Positions 37,700 through 47,487 of a stretch of DNA of 64,000 nt are shown here, in pieces. Numbering within the stretch: the first letter of the stretch is position 1; each line of letters starts with the position of its first letter. The notes beneath the pieces were generated by a model. The model was not told the DNA's origin, ran no database searches, and was given only the letters and a program-made list of their open reading frames with translations. Both the position numbers and the translations under genes were made by a program. This DNA is from an uncultured Clostridia bacterium. GTDB taxonomy: Bacteria; Bacillota; Clostridia; TANB77; CAG-508. The DNA lies in the NCBI GenBank assembly GCA_947626885.1, contig CANQTX010000001.1, positions 30,741 through 94,740 of the forward strand. The letters are read 5' to 3'.

Positions 37700-38905
37700 T
37701 TATATTTTTTTTCTATAATAATTGTATATCTTTTCTATATCTTCTATTTTTCCATTTCCCTGTATCGGAAATTCACCGTAAGTTTTAATATATTTGTATA
37801 AATACCAAAGTACTTTATATTTATTATACATTCTATAATAATTTCTATTATATTTTATACGATACTGATGATCTTTCGCATATCTGAGTGTATTATCATT
37901 CAATGTTATAATAAACGGTCCTGCTCCATATAATACAGGAAATAACGAAATATGACAATCTAAATACGTTACATCTAAATGTCTTATTTCATCTATTAAG
38001 AATTGGTGTCTATTTACTCTTATGGTCTTATTGATAATTAAGAGTTTTGTTTCATCATTAGCAAATAATAAATTATGTGGTAATGTACCACTAATGGCAG
38101 CTACTACATTACTTTTTTTCATAATTTGTATTTGTTGCTTCACAGTATATTTTTCTGGTGCTATAATTTTAAAGCCATTGTGTTGCAACCACTTTTCAAT
38201 TGATTTTTCTCCTATTTCTTTTTTATTAGCTGTTTTTAAATGCTGTCTAGAAAAATATACTTTATCATAAGGTACTTCTGTATCTTCTACATTCTCTTTT
38301 ATAGTATCAAATATAAATTTATATTCCTTTGTATAATATTTCCCAGGATATAAAGCACTTTCGGGTATAATAATTTTTTTAAATTTTGTTGGTTGATGAA
38401 TGCTTATTAAGTTTTCTTTCGCAATTCCTAGTAAATTTAAAAATTCTAAATAATGTCCCGAAATTTGATTGTTTTTTCCTTTCTCAACAATATAAGCAAT
38501 TTTTACATTTTCTTTTTCTTGTAATTTTTGGATAACATACCATAATCTACTAACTACATCTATTAAAAAATGCCCCCAATGTGCGATAAAAAAATTCATA
38601 TATATTACAGTTTCATCCCTTTTTATTAATGCCTTTTCCTCAATATCATATTTTCCTCTTACTCTATCATTCATATGAAATGCAACTTGCGCAGATGCTT
38701 CTACATAGTTTCCCTTGCTATCTACTACACCACCGCTACCCCATAATGTACCATAAGGGTTACTCTTTGTATTTACAGGAAGTAACACACCTTCTTCTAT
38801 TTCTAAGACAGCTAATTGTTTATCCACATAATATTGTTTTTGTGCTAATGCTTCATATTCTTCTCTAGCAATATCATCCATATATTCAAAATGATATTTT
38901 TTCAT
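37700..38905 (-). CDS. GT61 (DUF563) family glycosyltransferase
   Basis: The HWGHFLIDVVSRLWY motif and overall size fit the family. I place the start at the ATG at 38903-38905 (MKKYHFEY, SD aggaagga upstream). Confidence 0.8.
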   Translation of the reverse strand: MKKYHFEYMDDIAREEYEALAQKQYYVDKQLAVLEIEEGVLLPVNTKSNPYGTLWGSGGVVDSKGNYVEASAQVAFHMNDRVRGKYDIEEKALIKRDETVIYMNFFIAHWGHFLIDVVSRLWYVIQKLQEKENVKIAYIVEKGKNNQISGHYLEFLNLLGIAKENLISIHQPTKFKKIIIPESALYPGKYYTKEYKFIFDTIKENVEDTEVPYDKVYFSRQHLKTANKKEIGEKSIEKWLQHNGFKIIAPEKYTVKQQIQIMKKSNVVAAISGTLPHNLLFANDETKLLIINKTIRVNRHQFLIDEIRHLDVTYLDCHISLFPVLYGAGPFIITLNDNTLRYAKDHQYRIKYNRNYYRMYNKYKVLWYLYKYIKTYGEFPIQGNGKIEDIEKIYNYYRKKI

Positions 38906-38956
38906 AATTTTTGTATTCCTTCCTAACAACATCTACTCAAATAACAATTTATTTTT

Positions 38957-40420
38957 TTAGATATTATTTTTTTTCTCTTTTTTATGAGACTTTTGAATAT
39001 AGTCTAATACCGTATAAAACTCATCAATCTTCCACAAATAAGATAGTCCAAAGTATACAATGATACCAACCATAATTTGTAATATAATGGTTACCATAGC
39101 CGTTAGATGCAAATACGTAATGCTATAAGCTACGATTCCCATAATAACTGCTATAACAAAGCATTGTAATAAGTCCTTCATTTGTTCTTTATACCCATAA
39201 TTCATGAGTTTTCTATTAGGATATATATTTACCATAATTGCTACAATTGTATATAATACTGCAGAATAAGCTATTGCTAAAACACTAATTCGCATTGTTA
39301 GTAATAATAAAATTAAGCCAAAGATTTTCTTAATCACTTCCATTTTTAAGAAGATATCTCCTCTGCCTAAAGCTTTAATTGCTTGATTATTGGCTGTAGA
39401 AATTGGCATTGCCATTTGTGTTAAACAACTAATTTGCATAAATGGAACAGCTAACAACCACTTGTCTGTTAATAACAATTGTATTAATGGTTTTGCAATT
39501 ACCAATAATCCTATCATCATAGGAAAAATGATATATGAACTAATGCGAATGGCTTTTCTTGTTAATTGTTTTACTTGTTCTTTTTTATCATTTACATTGG
39601 AGATTGCTGGAAATAAAACACTTCCAATTGTAACATCTATATTGGTAATAATCAAGTCTGGAAATTGATTTCCCCTTTTATAATATGCTAAGTCTTCTGA
39701 AGTATATATCCTTCCAATGATCAATGATCGTAACTCACCATAACCTACACTAATAAATTCAGCAAGAGTTACCTTTGTACCATATTGCATCATACGTTTT
39801 GCACTTTCTGCTGAAAATAATGCTTTTGGTCTCCAAGGAACCGTTATCCATAAAACCATGGTATCCACAATTGAATTAACCAGATATTGTACAACTAAAG
39901 CCCAAACACCACAGCCTTTACAAGCCATTAAAATTCCTATTCCTCCAGAAAGTATGGTTCCTATAATAGTAGAAAAGAAAAACTTTTTAAAAATTAAATG
40001 TCTTGACACATAAGCATGTTGTATCGAATTCACTGCTGTTATAGGCAATTTTAGTGCTAAAATTCTTAATACAAAAGACAAATCTTCATTTTTATAAAAT
40101 TTTGCAATGTATGGTGCACTGATAAATAATACCATATAAAGAAAAATAGAAACAACTAAACTACAGTAAAACATAGTAGAAAAATCTTCTTCATTGGCTT
40201 CTTTTTTTTGAATTAAAGCAGAGCTAAAACCACTTGTTACAAATACATTGGCTAGGGTTATAAATACCAAAACCATTGAAACAATTCCATAATCTTCTGG
40301 CATTAGAATACGTGCCAAAACAATTGTTACAATGAAAGAAACTCCTTGAGCACAAATTCTTTCTGCAAATTTCCAAAATAAACTTGATACTACTTGTTTT
40401 TTTATATTTTTTTCTTCCAT
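38957..40420 (-). CDS. Wzx-type oligosaccharide-repeat-unit flippase (MOP superfamily)
   Basis: 487-aa ORF with about 14 TM segments. The N-terminus SSLFWKFAERICAQGVSFIVTIVLARILMPEDYGIVSMV is typical of polysaccharide-biosynthesis flippases. Confidence 0.88.
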   Translation of the reverse strand: MEEKNIKKQVVSSLFWKFAERICAQGVSFIVTIVLARILMPEDYGIVSMVLVFITLANVFVTSGFSSALIQKKEANEEDFSTMFYCSLVVSIFLYMVLFISAPYIAKFYKNEDLSFVLRILALKLPITAVNSIQHAYVSRHLIFKKFFFSTIIGTILSGGIGILMACKGCGVWALVVQYLVNSIVDTMVLWITVPWRPKALFSAESAKRMMQYGTKVTLAEFISVGYGELRSLIIGRIYTSEDLAYYKRGNQFPDLIITNIDVTIGSVLFPAISNVNDKKEQVKQLTRKAIRISSYIIFPMMIGLLVIAKPLIQLLLTDKWLLAVPFMQISCLTQMAMPISTANNQAIKALGRGDIFLKMEVIKKIFGLILLLLTMRISVLAIAYSAVLYTIVAIMVNIYPNRKLMNYGYKEQMKDLLQCFVIAVIMGIVAYSITYLHLTAMVTIILQIMVGIIVYFGLSYLWKIDEFYTVLDYIQKSHKKEKKNNI

Positions 40421-40458
40421 ATATTATATATTCCTCTTATCTTTTCCTTTTTCTCTCA

Positions 40459-41436
40459 CTACATGCTTCTTCTTATATGATTTTTTATTTTTAGTAAAAA
40501 GTTTAACAGGTTAGGAAATCTTCTAAATAACTTATATTTTAACTTTGTTGTTTTAGCAATAGGTAATTTCATAAAGTCTGGATAATTTCTCTTAAATTTT
40601 TCTAACAACTTTTTCTGTTCCAAAGATGCATGTTTCATATGTTTTTTTATTAATCCATAGTAAGTAATCAATATATAAGCATATAGATCTAAACTTTTTT
40701 GATATAATTGTTTATCTTTTTCCTTAAAAAATGCCATTCTTTCTTCAAGCGCTATAATATAGTCTAATCTCTTTTTATCAAATGTTTTATACATAATACT
40801 ATTAGGGTTTTGCCTGTAATAATATAAAATTGCATTAGATATTACAATTTTATTATTAGCAGCCCAAAATAACTGATAGGTTGTAAATTCATCTTCATGA
40901 ATTTTTCCTTTAGGAAATTGAATATTATTGAAAAGTCTTTTTTTATATAATTTATTCCAAACAACTACAGTATTGATATACTCATCACCATATAATCTCT
41001 CTACCATCTCTTTATTATGAATTACTTCTTCCACAGGTTCTTCTGGCTTTATGGCGGTAATATCATGAAAAAATCTTGTATATGCACATTGTGCTATATC
41101 TGCCCCATATGTCTTACACAAATGATATAAATATTCTATAAATTTTTTATCAACACAGTCATCAGAATCAATAAAACAAATATATTCTCCTGTAGCATAT
41201 TGAATTCCCGTATTTCTAGCATCGCTTAATCCTCCGTTTTCTTTATGAATGACCTTAATTCTGTGATCTTTTTTAGCATACCACTCACAAATTTCTCCAC
41301 ATCTATCTGTTGATCCATCATCGACCAAAATAATCTCCAAATGTTTATAAGTTTGACAAATAATACTATCAATACATTCTTTTAAATATTTTTCTACTTG
41401 ATAAATTGGTACTACAACTGTTATTAAAGTTTCTAT
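40459..41436 (-). CDS. family-2 glycosyltransferase whose conserved N-terminus has no canonical start codon (ATA start or start-codon loss)
   Basis: The ORF track starts at an internal TTG (41340, MEIILVDDGS). The same frame stays open 32 codons further upstream and encodes the canonical GT-A start IETLITVVVPIYQVEKYLKECIDSIICQTYKH. An SD (agagg) lies 9 nt before an ATA at 41434-41436. There is no ATG/GTG/TTG between the upstream stop and 41340. Confidence 0.7.
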   Translation of the reverse strand: METLITVVVPIYQVEKYLKECIDSIICQTYKHLEIILVDDGSTDRCGEICEWYAKKDHRIKVIHKENGGLSDARNTGIQYATGEYICFIDSDDCVDKKFIEYLYHLCKTYGADIAQCAYTRFFHDITAIKPEEPVEEVIHNKEMVERLYGDEYINTVVVWNKLYKKRLFNNIQFPKGKIHEDEFTTYQLFWAANNKIVISNAILYYYRQNPNSIMYKTFDKKRLDYIIALEERMAFFKEKDKQLYQKSLDLYAYILITYYGLIKKHMKHASLEQKKLLEKFKRNYPDFMKLPIAKTTKLKYKLFRRFPNLLNFLLKIKNHIRRSM

Positions 41437-41491
41437 TTTCTTTTACCTCTCAATAAAATATTTTCTCATTTTATACGTTTTTTCAGTTAAT

Positions 41492-41521
41492 ATTGTACGA
41501 TAACCCATTACTTTTTGTCAA
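41492..41521 (-). promoter_or_regulatory. near-consensus sigma-A promoter directly upstream of the ATA-start GT2 gene
   Basis: Minus strand reads TTGACA - 18 nt - TACAAT. Confidence 0.6.
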
Positions 41522-41547
41522 CTTTCTTTTCTATCAAGCAAATATTT

Positions 41548-42549
41548 TCATGCTTTATTGTAAAAAAAACTTTGCTGCTTTTTATCCTTTATTAATTTTA
41601 AACGTCCATATCCTAATGGAGCATAAGCAAGTATACATAACTTTATTTTTTGGAATATAGAGTAATGGTGCTGATGCATTGCTTGATACATATATTGATT
41701 TCTTTTTTTTAGTAATTGCTTTTTTTCTTTCTGAAATGTTATTTTATCAAAATAATAGCAATAATAATAATACGTCATAATATAGGAAATATAGTCAAAT
41801 AAAATAGTATTTTTAGTATCATAATCACAGATACCTATATAAGGGATAATCTCTTCAAACGCTTTGATAATGGAAAAATACTTTTCACTCTCAAAAAAAT
41901 GTGATACACTGCTTTCTCTTTGCACATAATAGTATAAATAAGCTGTTTTATCAAAATATACTTTAGAAACATTGCTGGATATTTTCACTAAAAAAACAAG
42001 GTCTTCCATCATATGAATTTCTTCGTTAAGTCTTATGGAACCAATACATTCTCTTTTTATCAATTTATTGACTAAATATCCTCTATACCACTCTTCTCCA
42101 AAAAGCATACCAATAAATTGTGATTGATTTAATACAGTTTCACATTTTTTTTCTATTACATGTGGTGATACCACAGCATGTTTTATAAAATTCACATTAC
42201 AAATGGCTATGTCATAATCGTCTCTTTTTATATAATGATATAACGTTTCTATCATATTTAATTCTATATAATCATCTGCATCGATAAAATGAATATAAGA
42301 ACCTGATGCAATATTTAAAGCTACATTTCTCGCACTAGATACCCCACCATTTTTTTTGTGAACAACTTTTATTCTATGATCTTTTTCCGCATATAAGTCA
42401 CAGATTTTTCCTGATGCATCCGTGGAACCATCATCTACTAATAGGATTTCTAATTTTTTATACGTTTGATTTATAATAGAATCTAAACATTTTTCAAGGT
42501 ATTGTTCTACGTTATATACAGGAACAATAATGGTTATTAAATCTTCCAT
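41548..42549 (-). CDS. family-2 glycosyltransferase
   Basis: 333-aa ORF with ITIIVPVYNVEQYLEKCLDSIINQTY, VDDGSTD and FIDADD motifs. Confidence 0.9.
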   Translation of the reverse strand: MEDLITIIVPVYNVEQYLEKCLDSIINQTYKKLEILLVDDGSTDASGKICDLYAEKDHRIKVVHKKNGGVSSARNVALNIASGSYIHFIDADDYIELNMIETLYHYIKRDDYDIAICNVNFIKHAVVSPHVIEKKCETVLNQSQFIGMLFGEEWYRGYLVNKLIKRECIGSIRLNEEIHMMEDLVFLVKISSNVSKVYFDKTAYLYYYVQRESSVSHFFESEKYFSIIKAFEEIIPYIGICDYDTKNTILFDYISYIMTYYYYCYYFDKITFQKEKKQLLKKRNQYMYQAMHQHHYSIFQKIKLCILAYAPLGYGRLKLIKDKKQQSFFYNKA

Positions 42550-42576
42550 ATGTATTTCCGTTAGTATTATTCTAAT

Positions 42577-43359
42577 CTAACATAATTCCTTTCTTTTATA
42601 AACTGTATATGTATTGGTTTTTCCTAATATTTCAAAACCATAGTCCTCCATATTCTCCGTAAGAGACGTTTCATTTCTAAAAACAATATAATTTGTTCCA
42701 TGCTTTTCACTATCTTCCATAATTTCTGCAACCGCTCCTCTCTGTAAGGCTGATACCATTGGTTCGTTTGCATAAGTATGTGGGTTTCTAGCATATCGTA
42801 ATATAATATCTGAATTATATTGTCTAATATAAGCTACAATCGTTTCTGGTACCAATGCTACTTTCTTTTCACATGAATCTTCTGAAATCATTGTAGCTAT
42901 TTCTAACGCCTCCTGAGGTAATTTGTACCAATTCGTAGCTACTTCAAAATTATCTGTATTGAAAACCACTTTTCCACTAAGAATAATAATAACACATATG
43001 GCTACCCCTATAAATGCTTTTTGCCAAAAAATTTTTCCCTTTGTTTTTACTTCTTCTGGCTCTTTCTTTTCTGTTATCCATTTCACGGCTACATAAGGTA
43101 CAGTAATAGCAATAGGAAACATCCAAAACATCCTCCAATAGACACCTCCTGAAAAAATTGGCTCTAATATTTTATAAACGAGCGGATTAAAAATAATAAC
43201 TGCTAAAATAATCGTACCATATAAAAATATTCTTATGGTTTTATTCTGTTTTTCTTTTATCAAAATATAGATTAGTGAAATTAAAAATAATATCATATAT
43301 GCGCCATTACCAAAATATTGTATATACATATCTTTTATATTCATGATTATTTCTTTCAT
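42577..43359 (-). CDS. membrane protein (about 4 TM) with a C-terminal soluble domain of about 130 aa, unknown function
   Basis: 260-aa ORF. An SD (gaggagggac) lies upstream of the ATG. No family motif recognised. Confidence 0.7.
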   Translation of the reverse strand: MKEIIMNIKDMYIQYFGNGAYMILFLISLIYILIKEKQNKTIRIFLYGTIILAVIIFNPLVYKILEPIFSGGVYWRMFWMFPIAITVPYVAVKWITEKKEPEEVKTKGKIFWQKAFIGVAICVIIILSGKVVFNTDNFEVATNWYKLPQEALEIATMISEDSCEKKVALVPETIVAYIRQYNSDIILRYARNPHTYANEPMVSALQRGAVAEIMEDSEKHGTNYIVFRNETSLTENMEDYGFEILGKTNTYTVYKRKELC

Positions 43360-43402
43360 TGTCTAGCTTTGTCCCTCCTCTCTTCCATAGTAAACTTCTT
43401 TT

Positions 43403-44449
43403 TTATTGTAGAAATAAATAAACAATACCACATATAACACATGGTATGCATGGTATGAAATATTTGAATAAATAATGTATTTTTCTATCTCTTATAACAT
43501 ACACCATTATAAGACTCATTAAAGTAATCGGTGCTAATGGTACACCCATAGAAGAAACAAGACATGCAGAAATCATCACTAGTAATAACACACAAAAATC
43601 TAGAATAGAATGATCCTCCTCCATGGTTGTAATAACAAAATACCATATCAGCGGAATAATAATATTGGCTAAAAATGCTTTGCCTTGCCATATTCTTAAA
43701 AATAATACAGAAAATGTCGTTCTCCTAGAATAATTACCAAATGTATACAATACTATTAAAACGAATAAAAATAACATAACTTGTTTTTTATTTTGATTGA
43801 ATAGTTTATTAGCAATTAATCCAAACACCATATATGTCATAGGAATAAATACTACGGGAAAAATGGTATGTGCTACAATGGCTGGGTGTATTTGAAGAAA
43901 CTGCGATATAGTTGCTAAATATAAGGAAAAAGGAGCTAGAACATATCTGGCTTGCCATCCCCATCCATATCCTGTAGAAGGATTAATTTTACTAATCGTA
44001 TTACTAGCAATTGATGTTGTAGCATTACCTACAAAAAAAGCATCATCATCATCTACATGCATATACCTAAACACAATAATTACTTGTAATAAAATTAATA
44101 CTACAACCAATATAGTAGACAGAGGCATTTTTTTTATGGTCTGTATATTCGTTTTAAAAAATATTTTTAAATTCTTACGATTTAATATGATTGATATAAT
44201 AGATAATAGTAATAAAATTATCTCATAAACAGATACCAAAGTAGTAAATTTACATTGTAAAAATGTCATGGGAATTGCTAATATTTCAAAAATAGCAAAC
44301 GCTATACAATAGCCTACTAGAAATAATAGAATACTATTATTTTTTTCTTGTGGTTTTCCATATCCATATAACATTCCTAGAACAGTGGGTATGAGAACTA
44401 ACCACACTACACATAGCACAAGTTTTATTATCATCTTTAAACACTCCAT
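43403..44449 (-). CDS. polytopic membrane protein (about 10 TM), candidate Wzy-type polymerase or GT-C-like enzyme
   Basis: 348-aa ORF. An acidic loop motif YMHVDDDDAFFVGNATT follows an early helix bundle. No family motif recognised. The start could instead be the ATG five codons downstream. Confidence 0.7.
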   Translation of the reverse strand: MECLKMIIKLVLCVVWLVLIPTVLGMLYGYGKPQEKNNSILLFLVGYCIAFAIFEILAIPMTFLQCKFTTLVSVYEIILLLLSIISIILNRKNLKIFFKTNIQTIKKMPLSTILVVVLILLQVIIVFRYMHVDDDDAFFVGNATTSIASNTISKINPSTGYGWGWQARYVLAPFSLYLATISQFLQIHPAIVAHTIFPVVFIPMTYMVFGLIANKLFNQNKKQVMLFLFVLIVLYTFGNYSRRTTFSVLFLRIWQGKAFLANIIIPLIWYFVITTMEEDHSILDFCVLLLVMISACLVSSMGVPLAPITLMSLIMVYVIRDRKIHYLFKYFIPCIPCVICGIVYLFLQ

Positions 44450-44469
44450 TTCTTATTTGCTTCTTATAT

Positions 44470-45405
44470 CTATCCATATACCATTATCATAAATACAACT
44501 TTTCTTAACATATTTCTTATGGTATTGCATTTTATATTTTCTAATACCTTTCTTTCTCTTATCTGTTTTTGATATTCCTTTCTATCTTTTCCCTTTAAGC
44601 TTTTCATACCCATACATGCTGCTGTTGCTACATATTCTAGACAAGTTTCTTTTGCTTGTTTGGATACATATTCCATATTTTCTAATGTCTTAACAATATT
44701 ATCATAATGTGCTAATTTGTCATTAGCTTTTTTATATGCATTCTCATAAGATGTATTTGTCATAATACTATTTTCTCTTATCACATAATAATAATATGGA
44801 TAGGATAATATAGTAGTTTTTTTTGCTTTTAACATTGCAATTAATATAATAGCAAAATCTTCATGCAATTTTCCTTCTGGAAACACAAAATGATTTTCTT
44901 GCCAATATTGTCTTTTTATACAGTATGCCCAAACAGGATCTATACAAATTTTCTTGTTCCTTAAATATATTAGTAGATCCTCTCCCAATAAATCTTGTGA
45001 CACAATTTTCTCTATTTCTAATATTTTCTCTTTTTCATTTACTCTCTTACAAGGTATTTTTATCATTTCTAAATTAGAATTTATCTGTATTTTTTGATAT
45101 AGTGATGCTAATAAATCTTTATCTATATAATCATCTGCATCTACAAAAATCAGATAATCACCTTTTGCCTTTTTAATGCCATAATTTCTAGCTTTTGAAG
45201 GTCCTCCATTTGGTATCTGATATGTTTGAAACTGTTCAGGATAACGCGTAACAAATTCATCAATAATTGCTTGAGAATTATCTAGTGTCCCATCATTAAT
45301 TATAATAACTTCAAAATTTTGAAAGGTCTGATTTTCAATACTCTGTAAACATTTTCGAACATACTGCTCTACATTATATACAGGAATAATAATACTAAAT
45401 TTCAT
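44470..45405 (-). CDS. family-2 glycosyltransferase
   Basis: FSIIIPVYNVEQYVRKCLQSIENQTF, INDGTLDNS and FVDADD motifs. I place the start at the ATG at 45403-45405 (SD aggaga). The ORF-track TTG start 14 codons upstream looks spurious. Confidence 0.9.
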   Translation of the reverse strand: MKFSIIIPVYNVEQYVRKCLQSIENQTFQNFEVIIINDGTLDNSQAIIDEFVTRYPEQFQTYQIPNGGPSKARNYGIKKAKGDYLIFVDADDYIDKDLLASLYQKIQINSNLEMIKIPCKRVNEKEKILEIEKIVSQDLLGEDLLIYLRNKKICIDPVWAYCIKRQYWQENHFVFPEGKLHEDFAIILIAMLKAKKTTILSYPYYYYVIRENSIMTNTSYENAYKKANDKLAHYDNIVKTLENMEYVSKQAKETCLEYVATAACMGMKSLKGKDRKEYQKQIRERKVLENIKCNTIRNMLRKVVFMIMVYG

Positions 45406-45542
45406 GATTTCTCCTAACCATTTAAATCTATTTCTATTTGATACCAATTTTTATATACTAGGGTATATTTCCAAAAATAAAATGATATGGACATACGCCA
45501 TGCACATTACGTATAATAAACATAACAATAAAATAAAACACA

Positions 45543-45585
45543 TACCATAATATAGTAAAGAAAAATTTTTTACTATCATATGGTA
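45543..45585 (-). terminator. possible intrinsic terminator inside the GT2 gene array
   Basis: 17-nt arms with 15/17 complementary around a 9-nt loop, followed on the minus strand by a U-rich stretch (ugugUUUUaUUUUaUU). Confidence 0.4.
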
Positions 45586-45651
45586 GTATTTAATATACGT
45601 AAAATAATCCGTTCTAACAGCATATCTAAAAGTTGCTAATGCAATTTGCTT

Positions 45652-46629
45652 TTACATGTTTTTTTTGATAAATTCTTTCATATGTATTACTAATTTCAAT
45701 AACAATATATGTTTTTCGCGCGCTAATTTGATACAAATTTGTTGAAATTTTGTCATATAAGAAATAACTGTATTTTCATACAAATGAGGATATTTTTTTT
45801 CACAAATCGTAATATGTTCTATCAATTGTTTATTCGTTTTTTTTAATTTCACTAAAGTAATAAGATTTGCATAAAAATATTCTTTAAGAAAAATCGCTTC
45901 TACTACTACTGGATATCTCGTTATCAGTTGTTTCTCTACAAAAGCTACTGCTTGGCTAGAATTTTCTAAAGATAAAGTTTGTTTTGTATGCATAATAGAA
46001 TTTTCATTCATAACATAATGATACAAAGCTTTATTATAATAATAAATTTTTTCACAATAAGACATTGCTATCTTGTTAAATACCATATCTTCACATCTTT
46101 TAAGATTGGGAAATCTAATGGCTTCATTTTTTATTATTGTTGATAAATACACTTTACACCATGTACTACCTGTACTATGTATCATGGCATTTTCTTTGGA
46201 TATGATACCATCTTCTGTTTTTAAGTAAGATTTTTGATAAATATTACGATGATTTTTAGTTTCAAAGTAATAATCAAAAATAATACATTCTGGTTTTTCT
46301 TTGTCAATAATATTGGCCAATTGCGCCAATGTATTTTCTTCAAAATAATCGTCTGCATCTAAAAAAGTAATGTAATTTCCCACTGCATTATCTATTCCTC
46401 TATTTCTAGAAAGGCCTTGCCCTAAATTTGTTTCATTTTTTATAATTTTCATCGAAAATAGGGCCGTTTTTTGGTACATTATTAACTCTTCTAATAAATT
46501 ATCATTTGATTGGTCTTCTATAAAAATTGCCTCGAAATCTTTTAATGTTTGCTTTTCTAAAGATCGCAAACATCTTTCCATTTGATTAAAATGATTAAAA
46601 CACGGAATAATAATTGAAAATTTCGGCAT
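45652..46629 (-). CDS. family-2 glycosyltransferase
   Basis: 325-aa ORF with FSIIIPCFNHFNQMERCLRSLEKQT, EDQSNDN and FLDADD motifs. Confidence 0.88.
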   Translation of the reverse strand: MPKFSIIIPCFNHFNQMERCLRSLEKQTLKDFEAIFIEDQSNDNLLEELIMYQKTALFSMKIIKNETNLGQGLSRNRGIDNAVGNYITFLDADDYFEENTLAQLANIIDKEKPECIIFDYYFETKNHRNIYQKSYLKTEDGIISKENAMIHSTGSTWCKVYLSTIIKNEAIRFPNLKRCEDMVFNKIAMSYCEKIYYYNKALYHYVMNENSIMHTKQTLSLENSSQAVAFVEKQLITRYPVVVEAIFLKEYFYANLITLVKLKKTNKQLIEHITICEKKYPHLYENTVISYMTKFQQICIKLAREKHILLLKLVIHMKEFIKKNM

Positions 46630-46638
46630 ACTTTTCTC

Positions 46639-47487
46639 CTATTTATGAAATTTTTTCTTTTTCGGTACATGACTTCTTCTAGCAAAATGTTGATAAATAA
46701 ATCCTCTTAAACTATTCGGACAAACAACCTGTACAATAAAACGGACTAACATGTTATATAAATACTGTGGCACTGTGGTAATGTGATTTTGTAACATATA
46801 TTTTTGTGTAGAAGCTGTTATTTTAAAGTATGCAATACCACCTCTTCTTTGGTACATTTCTCTTCCTACTCTAGCATAAACAAGTACTTCATCCAAATTC
46901 TTAAATTTACAATGATGCAAATACATACGTAACCATAAATAATAATCTTCATTCGATTGCCATTTCATATAGCTACCACATTTTTCAACATCCTCTTTTT
47001 TAAACATAACCGTCATGTGGTTTAAAGGACATCTAAATTTCATATATTTACAAATTTCTTTGTGTTCTAGAGGTACTTCTCGTATGCCAACTTTATTTTC
47101 TACAGCATCAATAAATTCTTGTATATATCCTCCTACAACACTTAATGTTTCATCTGCTTCAAATGCTTGTAATTGCTTTTCAAACCTGTTTAAAACACAA
47201 ATATCATCTGCATCCATTCGCGCTACCAATGGATAAGAACATTGTTTCAACCCCTCTCTCAATGCTATTCCTAGCCCTTGATTTTCCTCCAACTTAACAA
47301 TTTTTAGCGTAGGCTCATTTTTTATGTACATATCAATTATTTGCTTTATATCTTTCGGAATAAATCCGTCAATAACTAATACAATTTCATTTGGTTTCAT
47401 AGTTTGATAAAGAATACTATCCAAAGATTGTCTTAAATATTCTGGATGGTCATTTTTATAAACTGACATTAAAACCGAAAATTTCAT
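46639..47487 (-). CDS. family-2 glycosyltransferase
   Basis: 282-aa ORF with FSVLMSVYKNDHPEYLRQSLDSILYQT, VIDGFIP and RMDADD motifs. Its start codon overlaps the upstream stop codon (TAATG). Confidence 0.88.
   Translation of the reverse strand: MKFSVLMSVYKNDHPEYLRQSLDSILYQTMKPNEIVLVIDGFIPKDIKQIIDMYIKNEPTLKIVKLEENQGLGIALREGLKQCSYPLVARMDADDICVLNRFEKQLQAFEADETLSVVGGYIQEFIDAVENKVGIREVPLEHKEICKYMKFRCPLNHMTVMFKKEDVEKCGSYMKWQSNEDYYLWLRMYLHHCKFKNLDEVLVYARVGREMYQRRGGIAYFKITASTQKYMLQNHITTVPQYLYNMLVRFIVQVVCPNSLRGFIYQHFARRSHVPKKKKFHK

Noticed and set aside
42577-44449. Calling the 348-aa and 260-aa membrane proteins a frameshifted pseudogene of one GT-C-like gene
   Set aside because: The two ORFs are in different frames and separated by 43 nt. 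The second has a strong SD of its own, and no residual coding similarity spans the gap. I treat them as two intact genes.
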